A DNA stretch of 32,000 nucleotides from Candidatus Paracaedimonas acanthamoebae (GTDB lineage: Bacteria > Pseudomonadota > Alphaproteobacteria > Caedimonadales > Caedimonadaceae): positions 390,001-422,000 of the forward strand of contig CP008936.1 in the NCBI GenBank assembly GCA_000743035.1, read 5' to 3'. Under the pieces are notes generated by a model. That model had not been told where the DNA came from. It searched no databases and saw only the letters and a program-made list of their open reading frames with translations. The position numbers and the translations under genes are program-made. Of the stretch, positions 1 to 8,995 are shown one piece after another; the first letter of the stretch is position 1, and the number at the start of each line of letters is the position of its first letter.

Positions 1-1
1 T

Positions 2-760
2 ATTATCTTTGCTGGTATCGTTGCAGGGATGCCTCATGCTATTGCCTCTACGCTCGAATTAGGCCGTCAAGGGACTCTTAAGCCTCTTTTAATTTTTGGC
101 GTTGTCCTGATGCTTGCGTTAGCACTTACGTTTATTGTCTTTATGGAGCGCGCTCAACGACGGATTTATATTCAATATCCAAAGCGTCAGGTGGGTATGA
201 AAATTTATGGGGGGCAAAGTTCTCATCTACCAATGAAAATTAATACCTCTGGTGTTATTCCTCCGATCTTTGCAAGCTCTCTTTTGCTTTTGCCTGTTAC
301 AATTGCAAACTTTGGAGCAAGTTATAGTCCTGACAGCTTTTTAGCAAAAATTGCAGCGTATGTAGGGCCAGGACAACCTCTCTACTATGCCTTTTTTATT
401 GGTTTAATTGTCTTTTTTTCTTTCTTTTATACTGCTGTTGTTTTTAATCCATCTGAAACAGCTGAAAATCTTAAGAAAAATGGAGCAATTGTTCCAGGGT
501 ATCGTCCAGGTCTTAATACGGCAGAACATCTTGATTATGTTTTAACGCGGTTAACAGTTATTGGGGCTGCTTATCTTGCTGTCATTTGTACAGTTCCGGA
601 ATACTTTATTACGCGACATTCTTTGCCCTTTTATCTTGGAGGCACAAGCTTATTAATCGTTGTCAGTGTGAGTATTGATACCGTTGCTCAGATCCAAGCT
701 CATTTACTTGCTCATCAATATGAGGGACTGATTCGTAAATCACGCCTAAAGGATAAATAA
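2..760 (+). CDS. secY: preprotein translocase subunit SecY, C-terminal part (5' end lies outside the window)
   Basis: The frame of ORF 29..760 stays open to the left edge (IIFAGIVAGMPHAI...). The multi-TM C-terminal half is typical of SecY. It sits directly upstream of adk, as at the end of spc operons. Confidence 0.9.
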   Translation: MIFAGIVAGMPHAIASTLELGRQGTLKPLLIFGVVLMLALALTFIVFMERAQRRIYIQYPKRQVGMKIYGGQSSHLPMKINTSGVIPPIFASSLLLLPVTIANFGASYSPDSFLAKIAAYVGPGQPLYYAFFIGLIVFFSFFYTAVVFNPSETAENLKKNGAIVPGYRPGLNTAEHLDYVLTRLTVIGAAYLAVICTVPEYFITRHSLPFYLGGTSLLIVVSVSIDTVAQIQAHLLAHQYEGLIRKSRLKDK

Positions 761-1434
761 TGATAAATGTTATTATCCTTGGGCCGCCAGGTGCTGGAAA
801 AGGGACACAAGCCCGTTTGATCCAAGAAAAGTTTGGTTATGTTCAAATTAGTACAGGCGATTTAATTCGCCAAGAAATTGCGTCGGGCTCTGAGCTTGGG
901 AAACATCTTCAGCCTATTGTAAATGCTGGTGGTTATCTTGATGATAAGATCATGCTAGAGCTTTTAGAGAATAAGCTTAAAACTGTTAGAACAGGGGCGA
1001 TTCTTGATGGTCTTCCTAGGACAGAAAATCAAGCGAATGCCTTGTATGAGATGTTGAAAAATAATCATCAACAGGTAGATTTAGTCATTGAGTTAAAAGT
1101 AGATAAAGATATTCTTGCAAAAAGGATTGCTGGTCGTTTTTCTTGTGCAAATTGTGGTGCAATCTATAACGAGTATTTTAATCCACTTGCAAGTGAAGGA
1201 AAGTGTGATCATTGCCAGGGAACAGAATTTACCAGGCGAAAAGATGATGCTTTAGAAGTCGTTTACAAGCGACTTGATATATATTATGAGAAAACCCAAC
1301 CTTTGCTTAGCTACTATGAAAAAAATGGTCAGTTAAGCCAAGTAGATGGAATGCAATCAGTTGACGATGTGGCGTCACAAATTGAGGTGTTAATTAAAAA
1401 ATATCTCAAAAAACCACAAGTGTGTGTAAACTAG
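760..1434 (+). CDS. adk: adenylate kinase
   Basis: P-loop GPPGAGKGT at the N-terminus. LID domain with a CANC...CDHC zinc knuckle. The ATG overlaps the secY TAA by 1 nt. Confidence 0.95.
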   Translation: MINVIILGPPGAGKGTQARLIQEKFGYVQISTGDLIRQEIASGSELGKHLQPIVNAGGYLDDKIMLELLENKLKTVRTGAILDGLPRTENQANALYEMLKNNHQQVDLVIELKVDKDILAKRIAGRFSCANCGAIYNEYFNPLASEGKCDHCQGTEFTRRKDDALEVVYKRLDIYYEKTQPLLSYYEKNGQLSQVDGMQSVDDVASQIEVLIKKYLKKPQVCVN

Positions 1435-1510
1435 GCCTTGACTTCTCAAGTTTGATGCCTATAAATTGCTTTCTTTGAAAGCATTAATTAATGAATTAAG
1501 GAGAAAAGCC

Positions 1511-1879
1511 GTGGCTCGTATAGCAGGCGTCAACATTCCTACACAAAAGCGAGTGATTATAGGTCTAACTTATATTTATGGGTTAGGTCCAGCGAAAGCC
1601 AAAGAAATTTGCTCAAGCATTGGGATACCGGAAAGTCGACGTGTTAAGGATTTAACAGAAGATGAAGTGCTTAAGATTCGTGAATGTATCGATTCAACAT
1701 ATAAAGTTGAAGGTGATTTGCGACGTGAAGTTTCAATGAATATTAAACGGTTGACAGACCTTGGTTGTTATCGAGGGCTACGTCATCGTAAAGGCTTACC
1801 TGTTAGAGGACAGAGAACGCATACCAATGCACGTACGCGTAAAGGTAAAGCTGTCGCGATTGCAGGTAAGAAGAAGTAA
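1511..1879 (+). CDS. rpsM: 30S ribosomal protein S13
   Basis: (M)ARIAGVNIP... is the canonical S13 N-terminus. GTG at 1511 is preceded by AAGGAG (1498-1503). The track start at 1466 (TTG) adds 15 non-conserved residues and is rejected. Confidence 0.93.
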   Translation: MARIAGVNIPTQKRVIIGLTYIYGLGPAKAKEICSSIGIPESRRVKDLTEDEVLKIRECIDSTYKVEGDLRREVSMNIKRLTDLGCYRGLRHRKGLPVRGQRTHTNARTRKGKAVAIAGKKK

Positions 1880-1903
1880 TTTTGACGAGATAGGATACAA
1901 AGA

Positions 1904-2293
1904 ATGGCCAAGCCAGCAACAAGAATTCGACGTCGTGAGCGTAAAAATATTACCTCCGGTGTGGCGCATATTAATGCTACTTTCAATAATACAATGATTA
2001 CAATTACAGATCCCCAAGGTAATGCAGTTTCTTGGTCATCAGCAGGTATGATGGGCTTTAAAGGCTCTCGCAAATCAACACCGTATGCAGCTCAAATGGC
2101 AGCTGAAGATGCTGGGAAAAAAGCCTCAGAGCATGGGATGCGTGTATTAGAAGTAGAAGTTAATGGACCAGGTTCTGGACGTGAGTCAGCGCTGCGGGCC
2201 TTACAATCTATTGGTTTTACAGTGACTTCTATTCGTGATATGACACCAGTACCCCATAATGGATGTCGCCCTTCAAAGCGTCGTCGCGTTTAA
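1904..2293 (+). CDS. rpsK: 30S ribosomal protein S11
   Basis: [30 protein letters not shown]... and the C-terminal [13 protein letters not shown] are canonical S11. Confidence 0.96.
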   Translation: MAKPATRIRRRERKNITSGVAHINATFNNTMITITDPQGNAVSWSSAGMMGFKGSRKSTPYAAQMAAEDAGKKASEHGMRVLEVEVNGPGSGRESALRALQSIGFTVTSIRDMTPVPHNGCRPSKRRRV

Positions 2294-2340
2294 TTATCAC
2301 CTATAGAAATATTACGAAGCAACATCGAGAGGAAAGTTCC

Positions 2341-3357
2341 GTGATACAAAAAAATTGGCAAGAACTCATTAGGCCTTTTAAACTCAACATTGATCTTCTT
2401 GGCAGTGAGCATCGGCGCGCGCAAGTTATTGCTGAGCCTTTAGAACGAGGCTTTGGGTTAACCCTTGGTACGGCTTTAAGACGTATTCTTCTATCATCTC
2501 TTCAAGGCGCTGCTGTGACTGGGATCCAAATAGAAGGTGTTCAACATGAGTTTAGTTCAATTCCTGGTGTTCATGAGGATGTGACAGAGATTATCTTAAA
2601 TCTCAAATCTCTCTCCCTTCGCAAACACTCAGAAGGAACAAAAAAACTCCGCCTAAAGGCTGAAGGGCCTGGTGTTGTTACAGCTGCTCAATTTGAAGCA
2701 ACTTCAGATATTGAAATCCTTGATCCTGAATTAGTCATTTGTGTTTTAGATGCAGGGGCAAAGATTTCCATGGAAGTAACTGTTGAGAATGGTAAGGGAT
2801 ATGTTCCTGCAGGTCAGCTGAGGCGTGAAGATGCTCCAATCAGCTTTATTCCTGTTGATGCTCTCTTCTCTCCTATTCGCCGCGTTTCCTACAAGGTTGA
2901 TAATACGCGGGTAGGACAACGTACAGACTATGATAAGCTTATTATGGATGTTGAGACAAATGGCGCTGTTCGCCCTGAAGATGCCGTAGCTTTAGCGGCT
3001 CGTATTTTACAAGATCAACTTCAGCAATTTATTAATTTTGAAGAGCCTGTTGTGGCAGAGGAAAAAGATCAAGAAGCTGAACTTCCCTTTAGCCGTGCGC
3101 TTCTTAAGAAAGTTGAAGAGCTTGAGCTTTCTGTCCGCTCTGCAAATTGCTTAAAGAATGAGAATATTGTTTATATTGGGGATCTTGTTCAAAAAACGGA
3201 AAATGATCTTTTACGAACACCAAATTTTGGGCGTAAATCACTCAATGAAATTAAAGAAGTTTTAGGCCAAATGGGTCTTGAACTTGGTATGAATGTTACT
3301 GGTTGGCCACCTGAAAATATTGAAGAAATGGCCAAAAAAATTGAAGATCCTTATTAA
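2341..3357 (+). CDS. rpoA: DNA-directed RNA polymerase subunit alpha
   Basis: (V)[14 protein letters not shown]..., [17 protein letters not shown], and a C-terminal domain with [16 protein letters not shown] at 2341 follows GAGAGGAAAG. The track start at 2263 would overlap rpsK by 31 nt and is rejected. Confidence 0.93.
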   Translation: MIQKNWQELIRPFKLNIDLLGSEHRRAQVIAEPLERGFGLTLGTALRRILLSSLQGAAVTGIQIEGVQHEFSSIPGVHEDVTEIILNLKSLSLRKHSEGTKKLRLKAEGPGVVTAAQFEATSDIEILDPELVICVLDAGAKISMEVTVENGKGYVPAGQLRREDAPISFIPVDALFSPIRRVSYKVDNTRVGQRTDYDKLIMDVETNGAVRPEDAVALAARILQDQLQQFINFEEPVVAEEKDQEAELPFSRALLKKVEELELSVRSANCLKNENIVYIGDLVQKTENDLLRTPNFGRKSLNEIKEVLGQMGLELGMNVTGWPPENIEEMAKKIEDPY

Positions 3358-3380
3358 GGTATAGAGTTAGGAGAATTACC

Positions 3381-3812
3381 ATGCGTCATCGTTTGCGTGG
3401 ACGTCAGTTAAATCGCACAACTAATCAACGTAAAGCTTTATTACGCGGGCTTGCTAAAGATTTAATTCGTCATGAACAAATCACGACAACATTACCTAAG
3501 GCCAAAGATTTAAGGCCGTTTGTAGAAAAACTCGTCACTTTAGGTCGACGTGGTGGGCTTCATGTTTATCGCCAAGCTCTTTCAGTTCTTGGGGATAATG
3601 AGTTAGCACGTAAGCTAACAGGGTCTCTTGCGGAACGCTACCGTAATAGAGCTGGCGGCTATACGCGCATTATCAAAGCAGGATTTCGTTATGGAGATAA
3701 TGCACCTTTAGCTGTTATTGAATTCATTGAACGTGATGTTGCTGCTAAAGGCGCAGGTCAGAAAATTGAAGCAACAGCATCAGATGCTACTGTTCCTGAG
3801 GCTCAAGCATAA
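3381..3812 (+). CDS. rplQ: 50S ribosomal protein L17
   Basis: [25 protein letters not shown]... is a canonical L17 N-terminus. It is the last gene of the alpha operon. Confidence 0.95.
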   Translation: MRHRLRGRQLNRTTNQRKALLRGLAKDLIRHEQITTTLPKAKDLRPFVEKLVTLGRRGGLHVYRQALSVLGDNELARKLTGSLAERYRNRAGGYTRIIKAGFRYGDNAPLAVIEFIERDVAAKGAGQKIEATASDATVPEAQA

Positions 3813-3837
3813 AGGTGAAACACATCTAGAACATAAT

Positions 3838-3863
3838 TAAAGCGACAGTGAGTCGCTTTTTTT
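3838..3863 (+). terminator. rho-independent terminator of the alpha operon
   Basis: AAAGCGAC-AGTGA-GTCGCTTT hairpin running into a T-run, 26 nt after the rplQ stop. Confidence 0.75.
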
Positions 3864-3888
3864 ATGTCGAGAGAATAAGAGGGAAAGC

Positions 3889-5289
3889 ATGCAAAAAAAT
3901 ATTCTCCTTGTTATTTGTTTCTTAAAAATTTCTTTTTCATTAATTGCTGATCCCAGTGAAACGCTTCCATATTCTCAAGAGCAAATTCAGCTTACATTTG
4001 CGCCGATTGTTAAAAAAATAGCTCCCGCAGTTGTAAGTATTTCTGCAGCTCGTGTTGTAGAACAACGGTATTCTCCTTTTTTTGATGATCCTATGTTTCG
4101 TCATTTTTTTGGAGAGACAGTTCCTGTTCCTGCACCACATGCGCGTGTGCAAAGTTCTCTGGGGTCTGGCGTGCTTGTAAAAGAAGATGGTTTAGTGATT
4201 ACAAATGATCATGTTATTAAGCAAGCTGAAGAAATAAAAGTCATTCTTGCAGATGGGCGTGAATATCATGCAGACATTGTTGCTCGGGACGTACGTACTG
4301 ACCTTGCTGCATTAAAATTAAAGACAGAAGATAAAAATTTACCTTATTTAGAATTAAAGGATGCAGATACGTTGCAAGTTGGAGACCTTGTTTTGGCTGT
4401 TGGTAATCCTTTTGGATTTGGCCAGACAGTAACTTCTGGAATTGTCTCGGGCCTTGCGCGTAATTCTGTGGGGATTAAGGATTTTAGATCTTTGATTCAA
4501 ACTGATGCAGCCATTAACCCTGGAAATTCAGGTGGGCCAATGATTACGTTGGATGGAAAAGTTGTGGGCATCAATACGGCAATTTTTTCCAATACAGGGG
4601 GGTCAATAGGAATTGGCTTCGCCATACCTTCAAATCTCGTTGTTCCTGTCATTGCGAGCATTGATCGTGGGGGTAAGATTATACGCTTGTGGCTGGGAGT
4701 TGCTCTTAAAACCATGTCATCCGAGTTTGCTCAAGAAAAAAAAATACCTTTCTCCAAAGGAGTTTTAATTTCGCAAGTTTATCCGAATACACCCGCTGAA
4801 AAGGCTGGTTTAAAGGAAGGTGATATCATCATTGAAATAAATGGGCATGAGATTATAAATGAAGCTGCTTATCGTTTTAGATTAGCTATTGCAAAACAAG
4901 ATGAAGCCTCATCGATTATCGTTATGCGAGGAGCAGAAAGATTGTCGTTTAATATCATACCGGAAATTCCTCCTGATCATCCAAACAATAAGCCACAGGC
5001 CCTTTATGGGCGCCATCCATTATCCGGTCTTGTTGTGGTGACTTTAACACCAGCTGTTGCAACTGAATTAGGGCTTGGGTTTGAAGCTCAAGGAGGTGTT
5101 GTTGTCTTACAGGTTGAACCTGGGACACCTGCAAGCCTGAGTGGCCTTTTGCCTGGTGATGTTATCTTAGAGTTCAATGGGAAGACCAGCACATCTGCAG
5201 ATCAATTAGCGAGAAATTTAGGAAGAAGCCGCCGTGGATGGGAAATTACATTTAAACGAGGAACAGAAGTATTTGTTCAAAACTGGTAA
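3889..5289 (+). CDS. degP: periplasmic serine endoprotease, DegP/HtrA/DegQ family (trypsin domain plus two PDZ-like regions)
   Basis: Signal peptide MQKNILLVICFLKISFSLIA. Catalytic triad contexts ITNDHVI, TDLAALKL and GNSGGPM. PDZ-like GLKEGDIIIEING and GLLPGDVILEFNG. Confidence 0.9.
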   Translation: MQKNILLVICFLKISFSLIADPSETLPYSQEQIQLTFAPIVKKIAPAVVSISAARVVEQRYSPFFDDPMFRHFFGETVPVPAPHARVQSSLGSGVLVKEDGLVITNDHVIKQAEEIKVILADGREYHADIVARDVRTDLAALKLKTEDKNLPYLELKDADTLQVGDLVLAVGNPFGFGQTVTSGIVSGLARNSVGIKDFRSLIQTDAAINPGNSGGPMITLDGKVVGINTAIFSNTGGSIGIGFAIPSNLVVPVIASIDRGGKIIRLWLGVALKTMSSEFAQEKKIPFSKGVLISQVYPNTPAEKAGLKEGDIIIEINGHEIINEAAYRFRLAIAKQDEASSIIVMRGAERLSFNIIPEIPPDHPNNKPQALYGRHPLSGLVVVTLTPAVATELGLGFEAQGGVVVLQVEPGTPASLSGLLPGDVILEFNGKTSTSADQLARNLGRSRRGWEITFKRGTEVFVQNW

Positions 5290-5300
5290 GGGGATTTACA

Positions 5301-6578
5301 ATTTTATTTGAAAATAAAAAGTCACGCCCGTTAGCAGATATCTTACGACCCTCGTCGTTAGAAGAAGTCATAGGTCAGGAGCATCTTATAGGGCAAGGAA
5401 AAGCCCTTACAAGGCTTATTAGCGCTCCAAAGCTTCCTTCCTTAATTCTTTGGGGGCCTCCTGGGTGTGGAAAGACCACATTGGCGCGTCTTATTTCTCA
5501 CTCAGTAAAGCTTCATTTTGTCCAGGTCTCGGCAGTTCTTTCAGGTATCAGTGAGCTTCGAAAAATATTTGAAGAAGCTGAAGAACGATGGAAGTGGGGC
5601 GAAGGGACACTCTTATTTGTAGATGAAATTCACCGATTTAATCGCAGTCAACAAGACATCTTTCTTGCTCACCTTGAGGAAGGCACGATTACATTAATTG
5701 GAGCCACCACGGAGAATCCTTCTTTTGAACTCAACCCAGCATTGCTTTCACGATGTCAGGTATTAATTTTGAAAAGGCTTGAAGAAAGCGATCTTGAACA
5801 AGTCTTGCTAAGAGCAGAAACCTTTTTAAAAAAGAAGTTACCCTTGGATGATGCAGCGCGAGTTACTCTTATCTCGATGGCAGACGGGGATGGTCGGGCT
5901 CTTTTAAATATGGCAGAGATTCTGTTTAATGAGGAAAAAGTTGATACTAATAAACTAAGCGAGCTTTTAAATAAGAGAGCTCCCATCTATGATAAAGCTC
6001 AGGAAGGTCATTATAATCTTATAAGCGCCCTTCATAAGGCCATGAGAGCATCAGATGTGGATGCTGCGCTTTATTGGTTTGCACGTATGCTGCAAGGGGG
6101 TGAAAACCCCATGTACATTTTGAGGCGTCTCGTACGCTTTGCGACTGAAGACATTGGTCTTGCGGATCCTCAAGCTTTATCTCAAGCAGTTTCAGCTCAA
6201 CAAGCTTATCATTTCTTGGGCTCACCTGAGGGTGAGCTAGCCATTGCACAATGCGTGATTTACCTTGCAACGGCGCCTAAATCAAACGCCGCTTATCAAG
6301 CTTTAAAAGCAGTTCAGCAGTCGGCTGCCCATCATGGTTCTTTAATGCCTCCGCTTTACGCCGTAAATGCCCCTACCAAACTTATGAAAGAAATAGGGTA
6401 TGGTAAGGGATATCAATATGATCACGATGCTCCTGAGGCCTTTTCTGGAACTAATTATTTTCCTGAAGGAATGTCGCGAGAGAACTACTACCAGCCGAAA
6501 GGTAAAGGTTTTGAGCAAGAGATTTTAAAACGGCTGCAGTATTGGCAGACGTTACGGGATCAAAAATCTAAGGATTAG
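5301..6578 (+). CDS. rarA: replication-associated recombination protein A (AAA+ ATPase RarA/MgsA), with a proposed non-canonical ATT start
   Basis: The conserved RarA N-terminus (RPLADILRPSSLEEVIGQEHL...) and Walker A GPPGCGKTT are encoded in frame upstream of the track start (TTG 5481). That stretch (5256-5480) has no in-frame ATG/GTG/TTG. ATT at 5301 sits 7 nt after AAGGGG (5288-5293). Walker B LLFVDEIHRFN, then TENPSFELNPALLSRC and a MgsA C-terminal domain. Confidence 0.8.
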   Translation: MLFENKKSRPLADILRPSSLEEVIGQEHLIGQGKALTRLISAPKLPSLILWGPPGCGKTTLARLISHSVKLHFVQVSAVLSGISELRKIFEEAEERWKWGEGTLLFVDEIHRFNRSQQDIFLAHLEEGTITLIGATTENPSFELNPALLSRCQVLILKRLEESDLEQVLLRAETFLKKKLPLDDAARVTLISMADGDGRALLNMAEILFNEEKVDTNKLSELLNKRAPIYDKAQEGHYNLISALHKAMRASDVDAALYWFARMLQGGENPMYILRRLVRFATEDIGLADPQALSQAVSAQQAYHFLGSPEGELAIAQCVIYLATAPKSNAAYQALKAVQQSAAHHGSLMPPLYAVNAPTKLMKEIGYGKGYQYDHDAPEAFSGTNYFPEGMSRENYYQPKGKGFEQEILKRLQYWQTLRDQKSKD

Positions 6579-6663
6579 GCCAAAAAAGAGCTTTCAAAAA
6601 CTACCTTTCAGGGAGGCTTCTGTGTGAAAGAAGACTTAAGAACACTTAATCTTCATTTTTTAC

Positions 6664-6692
6664 TTGAATGTGTGGCCTGAATTCGCTAGTTA
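6664..6692 (+). promoter_or_regulatory. possible sigma70-type promoter for the tRNA gene
   Basis: TTGAAT (6664-6669), 17-nt spacer, TAGTTA (6687-6692), about 20 nt upstream of the mature tRNA 5' end. Confidence 0.3.
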
Positions 6693-6711
6693 TCCGAGGT
6701 ATCTTAATAAC

Positions 6712-6788
6712 GCGCCCGTAGCTCAATTGGATAGAGCATCTGACTACGGATCAGAAGGTTAGGAGTTCGAATCTTCTCGGGCGCGCCA
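6712..6788 (+). tRNA. tRNA-Arg(ACG): tRNA-Arg, anticodon ACG, CCA encoded
   Basis: Hand-folded cloverleaf: acceptor GCGCCCG/CGGGCGC, D arm GCTC-AATTGGATA-GAGC, anticodon arm TCTGA-CTACGGA-TCAGA, T arm AGGAG-TTCGAAT-CTTCT, discriminator G plus CCA. Confidence 0.9.
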
Positions 6789-6828
6789 GTGAAATCAAGG
6801 TTTTTCATCTCTTCACTTAAATTTAATT

Positions 6829-6875
6829 TTCTTTAGGGGAGCATATGGGGAGCAAATTTAATTTTTAAACAGCTA
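6829..6875. repeat. short direct repeats next to the tRNA: AAATTTAATTTT x2 flanking GGGGAGCA x2
   Basis: AAATTTAATTTT at 6829-6840 and 6864-6875. GGGGAGCA at 6846-6853 and 6857-6864. Confidence 0.6.
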
Positions 6876-7116
6876 TAAATTATGGTGCTCATGTTTCTAC
6901 TTTGATATCCAGCGGGTTAAGCTTAAGTATCGTATTAGTAAGCTCTTAGGACCTACCTCATGCAGCTAATGAGTTTTTAAGAAAAGCAACAAGTTTATTT
7001 GGAGATAAGCTTAAGAAGTTTACTTTAAAGGAGTTGGGTAACTCATAATATGGAAAAGATTTAATCTAGGTTTCTTAATCAGCCCCTAATATTAAAGATA
7101 TAATTCTTTACTACAA

Positions 7117-7136
7117 TAGTATCGTTTGATACTATC
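7117..7136. promoter_or_regulatory. perfect 8-bp inverted repeat (possible operator) just upstream of the fic start
   Basis: ATAGTATC-gttt-GATACTAT ends 5 nt before the ATG at 7142. Confidence 0.3.
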
Positions 7137-7141
7137 ACAAA

Positions 7142-8113
7142 ATGAATTATAAACCTCCTTTTGTAATTACGCCTAAGATTTTTTCTCTTTCTCAAGAGAT
7201 ATCCCACATTCTTGGAACTCTTGAAGGGGCAAGGCTCAATATTACGCCTATCAAGCTTAGAAAAGAAAACAACATTAAAACCATTCAAGCATCCCTTTCT
7301 ATTGAAGGAAATACTTTAAGTCTTGAACAAGTCAGTCATATTCTTGAAGGAAAGGCAGTTATCGGACCGCAGAAGGATATTCTTGAAGTTCAAAATGCTA
7401 TAGAGACTTACTCTTTCTTTGATGAACTGAATCCTTTGTCTATTAAGGATCTATTGCGCGCTCATAAGCTTCTTATGAAAGAGCTTATAGAAGAAGCAGG
7501 ACAATGGCGCTCCAAAGGAGTTGGTATATTTAAAGGGAGTCAAGTAAAGCATATGTCACCTCAAGCAAAACGAGTGCCTACCCTTATGGAAGATTTATTT
7601 GGGTTCTTAAAAAATGATAAAGAAACACCTTGGCTCCTTAAAGCTTGTATCTTTCATTATGAGCTTGAGTTCATTCATCCTTTTTCAGATGGAAATGGAA
7701 GGATGGGACGCTTATGGCAGCAACTAATTCTTGGTAAAGAAAATCCTATTTTCAAGTACGTAACAGTTGAAGAGCTTATTAAGGCACGCCAAGGAGAATA
7801 TTATAGCGTTCTTGCAGAATGCGACCAAGAAGGGGCATCAACAAAATTTATAGAGTTCTCTTTAATGCTTATTCTTGAGGCTCTGCAGAGGTATAGAAGT
7901 GCCACCACTCCTACAGTCCATGATTCTAGATCTCGTCTTGATTATGCAAAAGATAAGCTTTCAGACAAATGGTTTTCACGCAAAGATTATCTAGATGTTT
8001 TTAAGGATGTTTCAACCGCAACAGCAAGCCGGGATCTTTTATTTGGAGTAAAAGAGGGTGTTCTAAAAAATAGAAGTGAAAAGAATCAAACCCGCTATCA
8101 TTATCTAAGCTAG
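7142..8113 (+). CDS. fic: Fic family protein (probable AMP-transferase), class II with an N-terminal inhibitory motif and a C-terminal wHTH-like tail
   Basis: Fic motif HPFSDGNGRMGR (7676-7711). N-terminal S-x-x-x-E-G inhibitory motif SLSIEG (7292-7309). Confidence 0.9.
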   Translation: MNYKPPFVITPKIFSLSQEISHILGTLEGARLNITPIKLRKENNIKTIQASLSIEGNTLSLEQVSHILEGKAVIGPQKDILEVQNAIETYSFFDELNPLSIKDLLRAHKLLMKELIEEAGQWRSKGVGIFKGSQVKHMSPQAKRVPTLMEDLFGFLKNDKETPWLLKACIFHYELEFIHPFSDGNGRMGRLWQQLILGKENPIFKYVTVEELIKARQGEYYSVLAECDQEGASTKFIEFSLMLILEALQRYRSATTPTVHDSRSRLDYAKDKLSDKWFSRKDYLDVFKDVSTATASRDLLFGVKEGVLKNRSEKNQTRYHYLS

Positions 8114-8121
8114 CTTGGCAG

Positions 8122-8799
8122 TTATAAGACCCTCTCATTATTATTCTGCTTATAAGCTTCATTGAGGAGCTCGCATTCATGCAAGCCTGCATCCATAAAG
8201 ATTTGTTGCATTTCTGTTTGTTCTACTTTTGAAATTGCTTGTACGAGATCATCAAGCGTTTGGATAATTCTTATGGTTTGTTGTTCTGCGTTGATAGAAA
8301 TACAATGCTTGATGAATTGCTTATAAGGATGATTATGAGCCTTGAGTTTTAGGCAACGTCTGTGCAAGTGAGTTGCTAACCAAAATCTTGGCAAGATAGC
8401 GGCAAAGATTGGAAGAAATAATCTTTTGTCAATTAAAGACTTCAAGAAGACAATATATTCTTTGTAAGCTATTTTATAGGAATGTTCCTTGAACTGATCT
8501 AACTGAGTACTAAGGCTACCAGCAACTATAAGAGAAAGCTGCGCATTTTGAACAAGAATTCGATTAATGCATTTTGGATAATTTAGTTTTGATAGAAGGA
8601 TCATCTCCTCAGAAAGAAAACGCCAGACACGCTCTTGTTGATTAAGGAAGGAAACAAACTGTACTTGTTTTAAATCCTGATTGATTAATTGTTCATAAAA
8701 AGGATGTTTGAGGACAGCCTTATGAAGATACTGAAGGGGACTCTCAACCATATTTAGGAAAGGAGAGTTTAAATCTTTTAGATTTAAAAAACTATCCAT
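8122..8799 (-). CDS. TenA/THI-4/PqqC-family (heme-oxygenase-like fold) protein of uncertain function
   Basis: The pattern HPFYEQLINQDL...F..FLNQQ and AAILPRFWLATHL...HPYKQFI...E(x)LNEAY parallels B. subtilis TenA (HPFVQGI...YVLQD; ALLPCYWLY...HPIYQKWI...YEYQFW). ATG at 8799 is preceded by AGGAG. The upstream TTG at 8823 is rejected. Confidence 0.55.
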   Translation of the reverse strand: MDSFLNLKDLNSPFLNMVESPLQYLHKAVLKHPFYEQLINQDLKQVQFVSFLNQQERVWRFLSEEMILLSKLNYPKCINRILVQNAQLSLIVAGSLSTQLDQFKEHSYKIAYKEYIVFLKSLIDKRLFLPIFAAILPRFWLATHLHRRCLKLKAHNHPYKQFIKHCISINAEQQTIRIIQTLDDLVQAISKVEQTEMQQIFMDAGLHECELLNEAYKQNNNERVL

Positions 8800-8950
8800 G
8801 GCGTACTCCTGAAAGGGCACCAATTTTATTGAAAGTCTGGAGTTTATTGTTATTTCCTGATGAACAACAAAAAATCAGGGGTAGAAACTTATTATGAACA
8901 TATGTTATAGTGCACATGTACATGTATCCTCTTATGGTTATGTGTTGCTG

Positions 8951-8995
8951 AAAGCCCGCGTTCTGAGTGCGAAATCTAAGCGCGGGTTTTTCTTT
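8951..8995 (+). terminator. orphan hairpin plus T-run (terminator-like, + orientation)
   Basis: AAAGCCCGCG-(20 nt loop)-CGCGGGTTTT followed by TCTTT. There is no annotated + strand gene upstream. Confidence 0.35.

Noticed and set aside
1761-2073. Track ORFs 1761..1997(+), 1783..2073(-) and 1796..2017(-) overlapping rpsM/rpsK.
   Set aside because: They are off-frame or antisense to two highly conserved ribosomal protein genes, and their sequences are not protein-like.
3940-4715. Antisense ORFs 3940..4152 and 4497..4715 within degP. Similar ones lie within rarA (5756..5986, 6019..6270) and fic (7079..7288, 8001..8192).
   Set aside because: They are shadow ORFs opposite genes with clear catalytic motifs.
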